Positions 61,665 to 64,000 of a stretch of DNA of 64,000 nucleotides are shown piece after piece; within the stretch, counting starts at the first letter, position 1; every line of letters starts with the position of its first letter. The notes beneath the pieces were generated by a model. That model saw nothing but the letters and a program-made list of their open reading frames with translations. It ran no database searches and was not told the DNA's origin. The DNA is taken from positions 10,432,001 through 10,496,000 of the forward strand of contig CP086569.2 of NCBI GenBank assembly GCA_009914755.4. Reading direction: 5' to 3'. Made by a program: the position numbers and the translations under genes. The DNA is from the human T2T-CHM13v2.0 reference genome, Homo sapiens.

Positions 61665-63160
61665 AGAAACGCCTGGTGCATCACGGCCTGACGATGGATT
61701 CCTGTTTCCTGCAATATGGGGAGTCTCCACTTATGGCCTGTTTCCCAACAGGAAACTGGAAAGGAAAGTGAAGACACGGTGCTGCTTTTCCACGCTTCTC
61801 TGGAGGTTTCTGTGTCCCCACAGAGCTCGGGAAACAAACAATCAACATGGTCACGCTTTGGGGGCCAGAGACGCATGAGCAACAGGCCCCCTTGCAGAAG
61901 GCAAAGGAATGTGGAACCCAAAACCACGCTTCAGTCGGCCAGAATGTGACTCCTATGTGGACGGGACTATCCACCTCGCGATCCGTTGCAGGCTCAACGT
62001 GGGGCTATCTCATCTGTGAACCATGTGGATGAAAAATGGACAATCACCCGAGTCTCGGCTCATTGCTCTCTGGGCAATTCCCTCATTCCTTGGGAGAGGA
62101 AATTCTTCTGAATCGCTCCCGGATGAAGTAACCCAGGCTGGCGATCCAGAGGGCCAGTGAGAGCCCCACAGGCCGACGCGGCTGTGGGCCGAGCACTTAG
62201 CCTGCACTGGGCACCCAACATTTTCCGGAGTGCGAGATCCTGCTGGTCCTGGAGGCAGAAGACTGCTTTTCTCTCTGCCTTCCTCTCTCTGTTTCTTGCT
62301 CCCTCCCTCCCTCTTTCCCTCCGTCCCTCCCTCAGTTCCTCCCTTCCTCCCTTCCTCCCTCCCTCCGTCCCTGTCTCCTTCCTTCTATCCCTCCATCCTT
62401 TCCAAGGTCCCTCGGTCCATCCGTTCTTTCCTCCCTCCATCGCTCCCTCTCTCTCTGTCTCCGTTCATCTCTCCATCTCTGCGTGAATTCTCTCCCGCAT
62501 AGAAAGGGCAGCACCCCGGCTTGGGCGGGGTCTCTGGTCTGCATTTAGCTGTCAGGCGCTCCACGGTGATGCCGAGGAAGCTAGCGGGGCAAGGGTAGGC
62601 TAGTGACGGTGGGGAGGGGAGGCAGAGGTTTCGAGACACGGAAGGAAGAGCAGGCCTGGCGTCTGCCCGTGCCAGTGTTTCCCGGGATGGAGGTCTCCGC
62701 CCGCCCCACTGAAGAACGAGGTGGGGGGCAAGAGGGAAGGGATGAGAGCTCTACCTAGGCTAGTTAGAAAACCTAGGCTGCTGCCTGCTAACCCGCGCAT
62801 GAGCAGTAGACAGTCCGCCTCCCAGTACCTGGACAGGCCCTGGGATCCCCGGGATGCTCAGAAAAGAATGACAGCCTGCCTCTGAGTGGAGTCCCTCATG
62901 GGACCTGGAACTCAGGGACCCTAGGCAGGTCAGCTGGAAGGGAAGACACGCCTCTCCATATCGAGTGAGAGGTTCACCGCAAAAGAGAGGCCTTCGCACT
63001 GCCCCTACCCCGCCCCAACCCCGCGTCCTAAAGCTCCTCCAGCACAGCCAAGTGTTCTTCCTGGCTGAGGAATGGTTCTAGCGGAGTGGGCTCTTCCACG
63101 TCCTTCAGCTCCCCCAGTGGCGCCGGATCTGGGAAAGGTTGTGCTGCTTTGCCCCAGCCA
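61665..63160 (-). repeat. Second, partial D4Z4-like unit (3' flank plus last ~115 bp of a DUX4-like ORF), direct duplicate of 57290-58812
   Basis: Collinear with 57290-58812 over ~1.5 kb, including the polypyrimidine tract, the KpnI-site homolog (~62824-62829) and the conserved stop-codon context cgtcctaaagctcctccag (stop at plus 63028-63030). Confidence 0.8.
62266..62495 (+). repeat. Polypyrimidine (CT-rich) tract, duplicate of 57875-58152
   Basis: gactgcttttctctctgccttcctctctctgtttcttgctccctccctccctctttccctccgtccctccctcag... is the source of spurious ORFs 62060-62440, 62157-62486 and 62230-62502. Confidence 0.9.
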
Positions 63161-63165
63161 CTTTG

Positions 63166-64000
63166 ACCCAACGTGGAGCTCACAAAAACATGTGTTGTAT
63201 GAAATCAAGGTTTAAGGGATCTAGGGCTGTGCAGGATATGCCTTGTTAACAAAATGTTTACAAGCAGTGTACTTGGTAAAAGTCATTGCCATTCTCTAGT
63301 CTCAACAAACGAGGGGCACAATGCACTGCAGAAAGCCGCAGGGACCTCTGCCCTTGAAAGCAGGGTATTGTCTAAGTTTTCTCCCCATGTGATAGTCTGA
63401 AATATGACCTCGTGGGATGAGAAAGACCTGACTGTCCCCCAGCCCGACACCCGTAAAGGGTCTGTGCTGAGGTGGATTAGTAAAAGAGGAAAGCCTCTTG
63501 CAGTTGAGATAGAGGAAGGCCACTGTCTCTTCGCTGCCCCTGGGAATTGAATGTCTCAGTATAAAACCCGATTGTACATTTGTTCAATTCTGAGATAGGA
63601 GAAACACTGCCCTATTGTGGGAGGTGAGACATGTTTGCAGTAATGCTGGTTTGTTATTCTTTATTCCACTGAGATGTTTGGGTGGAAAGAAACATAAATC
63701 TGGCTTACATGCACGTCCAGTCATAGTACCTTCCCTTGAACTTAATTATGACATAGATTTTTTTGCTCCTGTGTTTTTTGCTGACCTTCTCCTTATTATC
63801 ACCCTGCTCTCCTACTACATTCCCTTTTGCTGAAATAATAAAAATAATAACCAATAAAAACTGAGGGATCTCAGAGGCCGGCGCTGGTTCAGGTCCTTGG
63901 TGTATGCTGAGTGCCAGTCCCCTGGGCCTACTGTTGTTTCTCTATACTTTTTCTCTGTGTCTTAATTCTTTTCTCAGTCTCTCATCCCACCTGACTAGAA
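63166..64000 (+). mobile_element. HERV-K LTR5-type LTR, 5'-truncated (~115 bp missing), running off the window end; truncates the second D4Z4-like unit
   Basis: cccaacgtggagctcacaaaaacatgtgttgtatgaaatcaaggtttaagggatctagggctgtgcaggatatgcc...cactgcagaaagccgcagggacctctgccc...ccccatgtgatagtctgaaatatgacctcgtgggatgagaaagacctgactgtcccccagcccgacacccgtaaagggtctgtgctgagg...ctgagggatctcagaggccggcgctggttcaggtcc...ctctcatcccacctgactagaa is collinear with the LTR5 consensus. It retains more CpGs than the 11.5-kb copy. Confidence 0.8.

Overview
This window is primate, almost certainly human or hominoid, genomic DNA and not prokaryotic. I found no evidence for a new self-contained biological system in it.

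Roughly three quarters is recognisable interspersed repeat: many Alu copies, LINE-1 elements of at least three ages, MaLR LTRs, an LTR-less class I ERV internal region, and two HERV-K LTR5-type LTRs. There are also several mini- and microsatellites and GA/CT homopurine tracts. Almost every ORF on the six-frame track is repeat-derived or a low-complexity artefact.

The notable LINE-1 elements are a 6.1-kb full-length but degenerate L1PA, a twin-primed L1PA insertion, an L1 lacking its endonuclease region, and an ancient ~8-kb L1 carrying nested insertions. The MaLR LTRs are of THE1/MST type and include one 2.4-kb element with both LTRs. The ERV internal region encodes gag nucleocapsid, protease, reverse transcriptase, RNase H and integrase remnants.

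The gene-related sequences are:
- A TUBB8/TUBB4Q-family beta-tubulin exon 1 at 17540-17596, reading MKEIVLTQAGQCGNQIGAK with an intact GT donor. It sits directly downstream of ERV integrase sequence, and the rest of the tubulin gene is absent.
- An inverted, diverged D4Z4-like macrosatellite unit at about 57.3-59.9 kb carrying a DUX4-family pseudogene at 58706-59763 on the minus strand. It has an R16* CpG nonsense mutation, fused homeoboxes, and conserved promoter-proximal and KpnI-site homology.
- A second partial D4Z4-like unit at 61.7-63.2 kb, truncated by a 5'-truncated LTR5.
- An unassigned exon-like ORF at 61029-61322 between the two D4Z4-like units, with a basic NLS-like stretch in the adjacent frame and an AATAAA downstream.

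The order and spacing (tubulin exon, then about 41 kb, then the inverted DUX4-like unit, then the candidate exon) resemble the proximal flank of the FSHD-associated D4Z4 region at 4q35/10q26, or one of its dispersed paralogous duplication blocks. This is a hypothesis to test by genome alignment.
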